From positions 32,001 through 96,000 of the IMG/VR virus record IMGVR_UViG_3300025137_000017: DNA of 64,000 bases; one strand, given 5' to 3'. The position numbers and the translations under genes were made by a program. This stretch comes from a virus. This document shows, in pieces, positions 29,301 through 37,872 of this stretch (position 1 is the first letter of the stretch; each line of letters begins with the position of its first letter). Under the pieces are notes generated by a model. The model had not been told where the DNA came from and made no database searches. It saw nothing but the letters and a program-made list of their open reading frames with translations.

Positions 29301-32300
29301 CTAGTGTAACTTCAAGTAGTGACTTTGTCGGTGACTTAACAGGTAATGTAACTGGTAACGTAACTGGTGACTTAACTGGTGATGTGACTGGTGATGTGAC
29401 TGGTGATGTAACTGGTGATCTAACTGGTAATGCCGATACAGCAACAGCTCTAGCAACAGGTAGAACAATTGCAATTACTGGTGATGCAACATACACTTCA
29501 GGAGCATTTGATGGTTCTGCTGGCGTAACTGGTGCAATGACTTTATCAGCAAGTGGTGTAACTGCAAGTACATATGGTTCAGGAACAACAATTCCTGCTA
29601 TCACAGTAGATGCAAAAGGTCGCATTACAGCCGCAACTTCAGAAACATTTGCAGTAACACAAGCAATTGCTGGTGACTCTGGAAGTGATAATGTTGGACT
29701 AGGTAGTGATACCCTAACATTTGAAGGTGGAACTGGTGTTACAACAACAGTATCTGATAACAAGGCAAGTTTTGCTATTGGACAAGCAGTCGCAACTACA
29801 GACAGCGTAACATTTGGTGACGTAACAACAACTAACGGTATTGCCATTGGCGGTGCTCTAGGAGTAACTGGTGAATCAACATTAGCAAGTGCTATTATTA
29901 GTGATTTAACAGCAACTCGTGTTGTATTTGCTGGTACAGATGGTGCAATTGAAGATAGTGCAAACCTAACATTTAGTGGTTCTCTACTAGATATTACTGG
30001 TGATGCTACTGCTTCAGGAACTATCACAGGTGGAACACTAACTGACGGAGCGGCAAGCTTCACAAGTGGTGCTCTAACAGGTGCAACCACTGGTGCATTT
30101 AGTAGTAACGTAACAATCGGCGGAACAGCAGGTATTACAGGACTAACAACAATGTCAACAGCGGCAGTAACAAGTACAAGTACATTTACTGGTGCAATTA
30201 CAGCCAATGGTGGATTAGTTGGAGACGTAACTGGTGATATTACTGGTACAGTTTCAGACATTAGTAATCATAACTTAAACGGACTAGGCGATGTAACAAT
30301 TTCTAGTGCGGCAAACGGTCAAGTTCTACAATGGAACGGATCTGCTTGGGTTAATGCTACTAAGTTCTTTGCACTAACATCTTTAACAGATGTTGGCGAT
30401 AGTTCACTAACAGGTAAAGGCGATTATCTACTACAAGTTAAAGCAGATGCAAGTGGATTTGAATTAGTTGATCCATCAACTGTATCATTTAGTTCGCAAA
30501 ATCGTGTCACAATAAACGGTGATGGTGTTGCAACTACATTTAACTTAGGATTTACTCCAAACTCAGCAACAATGGTGTTTGTGGGCGGTGTTATCCAGGA
30601 TCCAAGTACACACTATACTATCGATACAGATAATGATCAGATTACTTTAGGCTCAGTAATGCCAACAGGTACATCAGCGGTTATTATGAGTACTGAAAGT
30701 AGTGCGGTACCATATGTTCCAACAAATGGTGTTGGTACAACTGAAATCCAGGACGATGCAATCACATCAGCAAAAATTGCCGATGGTAATGTTACTAGTG
30801 CTAAATTGGATACCAACATTGCTATTGCAGGTAACTTAACTGTTGCCGGTGATGCAACAATTAGTGGTAACCTAACATTTGGTGATGCGGCAACTGACAC
30901 AGTTAGTTTTGGAGCCGATATCGCAAGTGATATTCTTCCAAATGCAAACAACACACTTGATTTAGGTGCTAGTGGTATAGCGTTTGCTGAAGTACACGCT
31001 ACTAACTTTTACGGAATCCATAACGGTAACGTAACAGGTAATGTAACTGGTGATATTACAGGTGATGTAACTGGTAACGTAACTTCTGCAGGAACAAGTG
31101 ATTTCTCAGGAACTGTAGACTTTACAGGCGCAACTATTACTGGACTATCAACTACACTAACAGGTAACTTAACTGGTAACGTAACAGGTAATGTAACTGG
31201 TGATTTAACTGGTGATGTTACAGGTGATGTAACTGGTAACGTAACTGGTGATTTAACTGGTGCTTCAGCTGGTGCACATAACGGTACAATTGGTGCAACA
31301 ACTCCAACAACTATCGTTGGTACAACAATCGGTGGTACAGTTATTACAGCAAGTACAAACTTTGCAGGTGATATTACTGGTGATGTAACTGGTAACGTAA
31401 CTGGTAATGTAACTGGTAACGTAACAGGTAACTTAACTGGCGATGTAACTGGTGATGTAACTGGTGACTTGACAGGTAATAGTGCTGGTACACATACTGG
31501 TGCTTCTGTTGGTGCTCACACTGGTGCAGTAGACGGCATCTTGGGTGGTAACACTCCGGCGGCAGCTACAGTAACAACAATGACAGCAAGTAGTGACGTA
31601 ATTGTACAAGGTAACTTTACAGTTTCAGGAACTACAACCACAGTTAACTCAAATGATGTTAACATTGCAGACTCAACACTAACACTTAATAGTGATGAAG
31701 CTGGAACTCCTTCACAGGATGCGGGTATTGTTATTGAACGTGGTACAGCGGCAAATGTTAGTTTCTTATGGGACGAAACAGGTGACCAATGGACTACAGG
31801 TACAGAAGCAATTAAATCTGGACACCTATTACCAGCAGCAGATGATACTTATGACCTAGGTGCAGACGGAAACGTTTGGAGAGACTTATATCTAAGTGGA
31901 AGTACAATCAAACTTGGTGGTGCAACTCTTAGTGCTAGTGGATCTAACCTAAGTATGGGATCTGGATCCTTTGATCTAAGTAACAGTACAACTGCCAACT
32001 TAGCTGAACATACAGACTACAAGTATTATACTGATACAAGAGTTAGAACACACATCGAAGGTGCAGACCTGGCTATGGGTGCTAACAATATCACAACTAC
32101 TGGTAAGATGTTATACAGTAACGTTTATAGTGCAGAAGGCGATCTTCCAAGTGCAAGTACATATCACGGTATGTTTGCACACGTTCATGGAACAGGATTG
32201 GCTTACTATGCTCACGGTGGAAACTGGGTCAAACTAGCAAAGCATGATGATAGTATTAAGAGCAATGCTAATGATACTGCTTCTGGACAAATTACATTTA

Positions 32301-32683
32301 GTAACTCAACTAACTCAACATCCGCAACTACAGGTGCAGTAATTGTAACTGGTGGTGTTGGTGTAGGTGGTAACATTTATGCTAGTGGTGACGTAACTGC
32401 TTACTCAGATGAATCCCTAAAGACTAATATCCAAACTATTGATAATGGTCTAGATAAAGTGATGGCACTTCGTGGTATTACTTTCGATCGTATTGCAGAT
32501 GGATCTACATCAACTGGTGTATCCGCTCAAGACGTGAAGGCGGTTCTTCCGGAAGCTGTGGCAACTGATGACGAAGGTCTAATGGCTGTTAAATATGGTA
32601 ACCTAGTTGGTCTACTTATTGAAGCAATCAAAGATCTTAAGGAAGAAGTTAACGAGCTTAAGACATCTGGAACTGTACATTAA
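26396..32683 (+). CDS. Long tail fibre (~2095 aa) with a C-terminal peptidase S74 chaperone
   Basis: Gly/Thr-rich repeats (TGDV/TGNV; TVDAKGRIT); C-terminal YSDESLKTNI...GLLIEAIKDL. Confidence 0.85.
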   Translation: MAFRQIKTPALANLAVTNVKLDVTSITGQTALSTISSKANDVIMIFDSANSALKKISITDLITTSLTTTDLPEGSNKYFTTGRVDTQIDAYLTGGTGVGVSSGEISIGQAVATSDSVEFAGITGPLTGNVTGNIDGIVGGNTPAAGTFTTINTSSNVVVGGNLTVSGTTTTVSSNEVNIGDAILLLNSDETGSASENAGIEIERGTDVNKTLIWNETTDKWTVGAETFVAGAFEGDLTGDVTGDVTGDLTGDVTGNITSAGASVFSGTINLNGAVVSNAAFDLTGDITGNIASAGSSSFATVDINGGAIDGTTIGSTTPSTGAFTTITSTLGYTGAVTGDLTGDIYSNDGAVKVLDNGTDGTDATAIMDVTGDLTGNASTATTLATARNFSATGDITAAAVSFNGSSNVALSTALAASGVTAGTYGSSSEIPVLTVDAKGRITAATVAASGATLTIGDGASTDDVIVGTDTLAFVGSTGVTSAVTNNTVTLSIGQDVGTSSDVEFGGITGSSLTDGVATLNGSGALAGVTTFTSTGNVNINNTFTINATTGMASGNLTGDVTGNADTATSLETARALSLTGDATASLAGFDGSADVSATLTLAATGVAAGSTGSATQIPVVTVDSKGRVTGMSTASPAVSIDYAGDTGTDALITNTETLTFSGGTGLTSAVTANQVEFLLADTAVTAATYGTSSAVGTFAVDAQGRITGASETDIAISTSIAGDSGTESIALGTDTLTIAGGTGLTSTAASDTVTIALDNTAVTPGTVGSATEIPVITIDQQGRITGTTVATTSTSQTIAGDSGTDQVVSFTDTLTFEGGTGVTTTVTDNKASFAIGQAVATSDNVTFNNVNVSGTLTSDDLTSTDITVAGNATVSGNLTVNGTTTSVNSTTVQIDDPIFTLGDSGISADDNKDRGIEFHWHNGTAAKTGFFGYDDSASKFVFYNDATNTGETFAGTAADAEFGDLVVTSVTSSSDFVGDLTGNVTGNVTGDLTGDVTGDVTGDVTGDLTGNADTATALATGRTIAITGDATYTSGAFDGSAGVTGAMTLSASGVTASTYGSGTTIPAITVDAKGRITAATSETFAVTQAIAGDSGSDNVGLGSDTLTFEGGTGVTTTVSDNKASFAIGQAVATTDSVTFGDVTTTNGIAIGGALGVTGESTLASAIISDLTATRVVFAGTDGAIEDSANLTFSGSLLDITGDATASGTITGGTLTDGAASFTSGALTGATTGAFSSNVTIGGTAGITGLTTMSTAAVTSTSTFTGAITANGGLVGDVTGDITGTVSDISNHNLNGLGDVTISSAANGQVLQWNGSAWVNATKFFALTSLTDVGDSSLTGKGDYLLQVKADASGFELVDPSTVSFSSQNRVTINGDGVATTFNLGFTPNSATMVFVGGVIQDPSTHYTIDTDNDQITLGSVMPTGTSAVIMSTESSAVPYVPTNGVGTTEIQDDAITSAKIADGNVTSAKLDTNIAIAGNLTVAGDATISGNLTFGDAATDTVSFGADIASDILPNANNTLDLGASGIAFAEVHATNFYGIHNGNVTGNVTGDITGDVTGNVTSAGTSDFSGTVDFTGATITGLSTTLTGNLTGNVTGNVTGDLTGDVTGDVTGNVTGDLTGASAGAHNGTIGATTPTTIVGTTIGGTVITASTNFAGDITGDVTGNVTGNVTGNVTGNLTGDVTGDVTGDLTGNSAGTHTGASVGAHTGAVDGILGGNTPAAATVTTMTASSDVIVQGNFTVSGTTTTVNSNDVNIADSTLTLNSDEAGTPSQDAGIVIERGTAANVSFLWDETGDQWTTGTEAIKSGHLLPAADDTYDLGADGNVWRDLYLSGSTIKLGGATLSASGSNLSMGSGSFDLSNSTTANLAEHTDYKYYTDTRVRTHIEGADLAMGANNITTTGKMLYSNVYSAEGDLPSASTYHGMFAHVHGTGLAYYAHGGNWVKLAKHDDSIKSNANDTASGQITFSNSTNSTSATTGAVIVTGGVGVGGNIYASGDVTAYSDESLKTNIQTIDNGLDKVMALRGITFDRIADGSTSTGVSAQDVKAVLPEAVATDDEGLMAVKYGNLVGLLIEAIKDLKEEVNELKTSGTVH
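29330..29430 (+). repeat. 12-bp coding tandem repeat (ACTGGTGATGTA-like; T-G-D/N-V/L)
   Basis: About 8 imperfect units; similar arrays near 27100-27160, 31020-31085, 31155-31260 and 31365-31480. Confidence 0.85.
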
Positions 32684-32717
32684 TAGTAAAGTTTACAGAA
32701 TAAAAAACTAATACTGG

Positions 32718-32746
32718 AAACGGGCAGGAAACTGCCCGTTTTCTTT
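32718..32746 (+). terminator. Intrinsic terminator after the long fibre gene
   Basis: AAACGGGCAG-GAAA-CTGCCCGTTT followed by TCTTT. Confidence 0.88.
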
Positions 32747-32810
32747 CGTCTAAATTAATCAAGTATTATTGCTAAATACATACATACAAGCAACAGGAGA
32801 CTGAGTCAAG

Positions 32811-34757
32811 ATGACCTTCAGACAAATTAACTTATCGGCAGTCGAAACGACAATAACAGCCCTTGCTGATCCTCTAATAGCTCTTAACTCCTCCGCATCT
32901 GGTTCTAATTCCAAAGATCTTGGGATATTAATGAACAGAGGCTCGGATACAAACGTTGCTTTACTATGGGACGAATCAACAGATCAATTTGCTTTTGTTA
33001 GTACAAGTGAAACAGGTACAACAGCAGGCGATGTAACTATCACAGCTTATTCTGATCTTAGACTTAATGATCTAACAGCAGATGATATAACTAGTGCTAC
33101 AATTTCAGCAACTTCAGGGTTTACAGGAAACTTAGTAGGTAATGTGGTTGGATCCACAACAGGAATTAACTATGGAAATGTAACGGTTGCAGTTGGTACA
33201 AGTACATTTAATAATATAACAATGGCTGGTAACTTAATTGTTAACGGAAGTACAACAACAGTTTCTTCAACAAATACTACACTTGCAGATAACCTAATAG
33301 AATTAAACTCAGGAGCAGGCGATAATGATGCTGATGCTGGTATTGTTATTGAACGTGGTTCAACAGGCGACAATGCATTTATGGGTTGGGACGAAAGTTC
33401 AGATTCGTTTATTTTGGGAACAACTACAGCCACTGGTTCAAGTATAGGCAACTTAACAATTACACCAACTGCACTTCATCTTGGTAGTTTAGATATAACA
33501 AATACAACCGCTGGTAGTGATGCAGGACCAGTAATTACATTACACAGAGATATAACTGGTGCAGACGCAAATTACATTGGACAAATAAAATTTACTGCGG
33601 ATAATGATGCTGACCAAAGCACAGTATTTGCAAAGATTACTGGTAAGATTGACGATGCTAGTGATGGCACTGAAGATGGTATTATTGAAATTGCACATAA
33701 GAAAGCAGGATCAAATAATATTAGTGCAAGGTTTACAAGCGACAAACTTAAATTAATTAATGGAACAGGATTAGAAGTTGATGGTGACCTTAATATGGGT
33801 GACAATAATTATCTTAAAATGGGTGATGGTGAGGATTTTCAAATACACCATGATGGTACAAACAGTATAATAAGAAGTACTAACCACCGAACTTGGATAC
33901 AAACAAATAGTATATTAGAAATTAGTAAATTTGGTGGTGCTGAATACATGGCAAGATTTATTGCCGATGGAGCAGTAGAACTTCGTCATAATAATACGGC
34001 AAGACTTACAACAACCTCAACTGGTGCAACTATTAATGGAAGTCTATTAACCACTAACATTTATGGTGCTAGTGATACTAATACTGGTATTCAGTTTGAA
34101 GGTTCAGATGTGATAACTTTACATACTGGTGGAGCTGAACATATTCGTATTGATAGTTTAGGTCGTGCTGGATTCGGTATTTCAAGTCCATTAGCCAGAA
34201 TCCATGCAAAACAACATAGTGTATCTTATGGTATTGTTGTAGAAGCTAATGGAAACGACTCTTGGTTACGATTACATCATAACGATTCTTTAGGTATAAT
34301 TGAAACAACTTATAATAGTTCAGCAGGCTTTTCTCCATTAACATTTAAAGTAAGTAATGCAGAACGTATGCGTATTGATACGTCAGGTCGTGTTGGTATT
34401 GGTACTAGCAGTCCATCAGAAGTTCTACATGTAGTAGGCAACATACTTGCAAGTGGTGATGTTACAGCCTATTCAGATGAAAGATTAAAAGATAACATAC
34501 AAACAATTGACGGTGCTTTGGGCAAAGTCAATAGTATGCGAGGAGTAACATACACAAAAGATGGCTTAGAAAGCTCGGGTGTTATTGCACAAGAAATTGA
34601 AAAGATTGCTCCAGAACTTGTTAAAGATGGTGAATATAAATCCGTTGCATATGGCAACCTAGTTGGATATTTAATTGAAGCAATCAAAGAGCAACAAAAA
34701 CAGATTGATCAATCCAAAACAGAGATTGAGAATCTTAAAAAAGAGATAAGGGGATAA
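32811..34757 (+). CDS. Tail fibre protein with an S74 chaperone domain
   Basis: Late motif GCTAAATA at 32771-32778; ERMRIDTSGRVGIGT repeats; YSDERLKDNI...LIEAIKEQQ. Confidence 0.85.
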   Translation: MTFRQINLSAVETTITALADPLIALNSSASGSNSKDLGILMNRGSDTNVALLWDESTDQFAFVSTSETGTTAGDVTITAYSDLRLNDLTADDITSATISATSGFTGNLVGNVVGSTTGINYGNVTVAVGTSTFNNITMAGNLIVNGSTTTVSSTNTTLADNLIELNSGAGDNDADAGIVIERGSTGDNAFMGWDESSDSFILGTTTATGSSIGNLTITPTALHLGSLDITNTTAGSDAGPVITLHRDITGADANYIGQIKFTADNDADQSTVFAKITGKIDDASDGTEDGIIEIAHKKAGSNNISARFTSDKLKLINGTGLEVDGDLNMGDNNYLKMGDGEDFQIHHDGTNSIIRSTNHRTWIQTNSILEISKFGGAEYMARFIADGAVELRHNNTARLTTTSTGATINGSLLTTNIYGASDTNTGIQFEGSDVITLHTGGAEHIRIDSLGRAGFGISSPLARIHAKQHSVSYGIVVEANGNDSWLRLHHNDSLGIIETTYNSSAGFSPLTFKVSNAERMRIDTSGRVGIGTSSPSEVLHVVGNILASGDVTAYSDERLKDNIQTIDGALGKVNSMRGVTYTKDGLESSGVIAQEIEKIAPELVKDGEYKSVAYGNLVGYLIEAIKEQQKQIDQSKTEIENLKKEIRG

Positions 34758-34761
34758 TAAA

Positions 34762-36444
34762 ATGGCTTTTAAGTTAGGAAACCAAACAGTTTTAAATTTA
34801 GATGCGGCAGGTTCAACACAAGTTAGTAGTGCTTCTGGAAAAGATGTTGCATTGTATCCAGATCAGAATGTTTGGATAAAAGAAGGTACTAAATTAATTT
34901 TTGAAGGTACAACACCAGATGCTCATGAAGCTAAGTTACAGGCAACGACAGTAACAGCAGATAGAGATTTAATTTTACCAGATGAAAGTGGAACATTGGC
35001 TACCCAATCATATGTTAGCTCTGCAGTAGGTGGTTCAGGAGCGTTAGCAACAACCGGTGGTACAATGACTGGTGCTATAGAAATGGGCAGTAACAACATT
35101 ACTACTACTGGTAAAGTATTGTTTGCTAATATGTATGCAACTGAAGGTGATTTACCAAGTGCAACAACATATCACGGTATGTTCGCTCATGTACATGCCA
35201 CAGGCGCAGGTTACTTTGCACATGGTGGTGCTTGGAGAAAATTATTAGATGAAACATCATCAACAACTACAGATTTAACAGAAGGCACAAACTTATATTA
35301 TACAGATGTTAGAGCCGATGCAAGAGTAACAAACGCTCTTGGTGGAACAATTTCCTCTTTAACAACTAGCGGAAACGTGTTAGTTGGTGGAAACTTAACA
35401 GTCAATGGTACTACAAATACGGTTACCTCAAATGAAGTTAATATTGGTGATAATATTCTAAAACTTAATGCAGATGAAACTGGAGCACCTAGTCAAGATG
35501 CTGGATTAGAAATTGAACGTGGTACTAGCACAAATGTTACTTTCTTATGGGACGAAGCAAATGACAGATGGACAACAGGTGGTGAAACCATTAAAGCTGG
35601 ACACCTACTACCAGAGACAGATGTTACATATGATTTAGGTTCAAGTGCATTAAAATGGCGTGACTTATATCTGAGTGGTAGTACAATTAAATTGGGCGGA
35701 GCAACGCTTAGTGCTTCGGGTTCTAACCTAAGTATGGGATCCGGATCATTTGACTTATCCAATAGTACAACTGCTAATTTGCCGGAACATACTGATTACA
35801 AATATTATACAGATACAAGAGTGCGTACACATATGCAAGGTGCAGATTTAGATATGACTACAAATAAAATATTGTATTCAAATGTCTACGCCACAACTGG
35901 TGATTTACCAAGTGCGGCAAGTTACCATGGAATGTTTGCCCATGTACACGCAGAAGGTAAAGGTTATTTTGCACATGGTGGAGCATGGAAAGAATTAGTT
36001 GATACAACAACTAGTAGTACAATTAACTTACAGCTAAATAGTATTGGAGCAGGAACATCAGCCGGCGGTACAGCAGGTGATATTCGTGCAACAGCAGACA
36101 TTACAGCATATTACTCTTCAGATGCAACGCTAAAACAAAACGTTGTACAAATAGAAAATGCATTAGATAAAGTCAACAGAATTCGAGGTGTTGAATTTGA
36201 TTGGACACCTGAGTACTTGGGAGAAAAAGGCGGAGAAGATGGTTATTTTGTCCGCAAACACGATGTAGGTGTTATAGCACAAGAGGTAGAAGAAGTATTA
36301 CCTGAAGTAGTAGGCACCAGAGACAATGGGATAAAAGCAGTACGCTATGATAGGATTGTAGCCTTGCTAATTGAAGCCATAAAAGAACAACAAACACAGA
36401 TTGATGAGCTAAAAGAGTTAGTAAATCACAAAATGAATAAATAA
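34762..36444 (+). CDS. Tail fibre protein with an S74 chaperone domain
   Basis: Shares modules with the long fibre; YSSDATLKQN...GVIAQEVE...LLIEAIKEQQ. Confidence 0.85.
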   Translation: MAFKLGNQTVLNLDAAGSTQVSSASGKDVALYPDQNVWIKEGTKLIFEGTTPDAHEAKLQATTVTADRDLILPDESGTLATQSYVSSAVGGSGALATTGGTMTGAIEMGSNNITTTGKVLFANMYATEGDLPSATTYHGMFAHVHATGAGYFAHGGAWRKLLDETSSTTTDLTEGTNLYYTDVRADARVTNALGGTISSLTTSGNVLVGGNLTVNGTTNTVTSNEVNIGDNILKLNADETGAPSQDAGLEIERGTSTNVTFLWDEANDRWTTGGETIKAGHLLPETDVTYDLGSSALKWRDLYLSGSTIKLGGATLSASGSNLSMGSGSFDLSNSTTANLPEHTDYKYYTDTRVRTHMQGADLDMTTNKILYSNVYATTGDLPSAASYHGMFAHVHAEGKGYFAHGGAWKELVDTTTSSTINLQLNSIGAGTSAGGTAGDIRATADITAYYSSDATLKQNVVQIENALDKVNRIRGVEFDWTPEYLGEKGGEDGYFVRKHDVGVIAQEVEEVLPEVVGTRDNGIKAVRYDRIVALLIEAIKEQQTQIDELKELVNHKMNK

Positions 36445-36473
36445 GACTGTAATCAAATAAGGAGAGTATTACA

Positions 36474-36701
36474 ATGGCATTACCAGCAACTGGTGCCACA
36501 ATTAGCATTGGCACAATTAGAACATACTTCAGTTTATCAGGACAAAAATCCCTGCTAAACTTGGGAAATCATATTTCACCATCTGTAACAACTAATATCA
36601 GACTATCAGCTACATTTGGCGGATGGCAGAATCCAAATCAATGGGGTACAGATTCAGGTGTTGCACCGGACCAAGATGAATACGGTTCATCTAACTACTA
36701 A
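36474..36701 (+). CDS. Small fibre-associated protein
   Basis: AAGGAG RBS; MALPATGATISIGTIR N-terminus, of the kind that follows S74 fibres. Confidence 0.55.
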   Translation: MALPATGATISIGTIRTYFSLSGQKSLLNLGNHISPSVTTNIRLSATFGGWQNPNQWGTDSGVAPDQDEYGSSNY

Positions 36702-36734
36702 GATTTATATTAATCAGAGTCTGTTGTTTTTTAC

Positions 36735-36762
36735 TTGACAACAGACTCTATTAATGTATAAT
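36735..36762 (+). promoter_or_regulatory. Sigma70-like promoter embedded in an inverted repeat
   Basis: TTGACA-16 nt-TATAAT; overlaps the IR at 36716-36749. Confidence 0.7.
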
Positions 36763-36807
36763 ATAAGAAGAGAAACCTCACAGTAAATTCACACAGGAGA
36801 AAAATAA

Positions 36808-37227
36808 ATGAGTATTCGCACACGTTTCGAAATAGAAACATTTGTATTGGGATCACACCCCACACTAGAAAGAAAAGCACACGCCATTAAAGTTGAGTAT
36901 GAGGCTGCCAAAGCATCTGGTCATCCAGACTTGCCGGTTTTAGAAGCAGTATATAACAACTTTGCATTAACAAATGATATTGATGCATTGATTGCCAACA
37001 TTGAAACCACAGAAGAGACATATTGGGTAGAACGTTTAGCACGTTTGGCCGCAATTGATATCTTAACTATCGGTAAAGTACAACCTGAGACCATGCACCA
37101 CATGGCATCACTAAATGATGATGCATTCGCGGCCAGTGTAAAGAGTGCAACTGTACTAGCTAAAACACTTAATGAATCAGTACGTGAAATTGAAATTGAA
37201 TTAGGTACTGACTTAGTCCAAGACTAA
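36808..37227 (+). CDS. Hypothetical protein
   Basis: AGGAG RBS; 139 aa, helical; first gene of the glycosyltransferase operon. Confidence 0.7.
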   Translation: MSIRTRFEIETFVLGSHPTLERKAHAIKVEYEAAKASGHPDLPVLEAVYNNFALTNDIDALIANIETTEETYWVERLARLAAIDILTIGKVQPETMHHMASLNDDAFAASVKSATVLAKTLNESVREIEIELGTDLVQD

Positions 37228-37872
37228 ATGGTAAGTATACCTAAATTCCATTATTCAGTGGGTACAAACGCCAAGGTTGCAATTTGCGTGCCTGTGCGTG
37301 ATACGGTAACGGCAGTATTCACACAAAGTCTTGCCATGCTTACTAAAAAGTGTGGCGAGACTAAACAAAAGATATCACTACACATGGTAATGGGTAGTGA
37401 AGTTGCAATGCAACGACAACAACTAGTAGACGAAGCAATGGAAACTGATTGTACTCACATACTATGGTTAGATAGTGATATGTCATTTCCAACAAATACA
37501 TTACAGGCATTGTTATCACACGATAAAGATGTCATTGCATGTAATTATAGTACAAGAATAGCACCACATCGACCAGTGGCATTTAAAAGCGAAAATGATT
37601 TAGATGTAAGAGTTGAAAGTGGTATCGGAATACAAAAGATATTTGCAGTAGGTATGGGTTGTATGTTAGTAAAACGACAAGTATATGAAGTAGTGGTTAG
37701 ACCACATTTTAGTGTTACTTGGAATGATGATTATACTAACTTAGTCGGTGAAGATATATACCATTGTAATAAGGCAAAAGAAGCTGGGTTTGATATCTGG
37801 CTAGAGAATGATTTAAGCGAGAATATAGCCCATATTGGAACAAGGGCGTTTACTATTAAAGGTGATTGTTAA
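37228..37872 (+). CDS. Glycosyltransferase, GT-A fold (family 2-like)
   Basis: VAICVP, THILWLDSDM (DxD), GMGCMLV, GEDIYHC and HIG motifs. Confidence 0.8.
   Translation: MVSIPKFHYSVGTNAKVAICVPVRDTVTAVFTQSLAMLTKKCGETKQKISLHMVMGSEVAMQRQQLVDEAMETDCTHILWLDSDMSFPTNTLQALLSHDKDVIACNYSTRIAPHRPVAFKSENDLDVRVESGIGIQKIFAVGMGCMLVKRQVYEVVVRPHFSVTWNDDYTNLVGEDIYHCNKAKEAGFDIWLENDLSENIAHIGTRAFTIKGDC

Noticed and set aside
26479-30954. Long antisense ORFs (up to 345 aa) opposite the tail fibre, and similar ones such as 17209-18066
   Set aside because: Shadow frames caused by biased codon use in the sense genes; no RBS or protein motifs.
29330-31480. CRISPR-like array
   Set aside because: Repeats are contiguous 12-nt in-frame coding units with no unique spacers; no cas genes present.
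31875-35835. Diversity-generating retroelement template/variable repeat pair in the fibres
   Set aside because: Differences are synonymous and not adenine-specific, both copies are coding, and there is no reverse transcriptase in the window.
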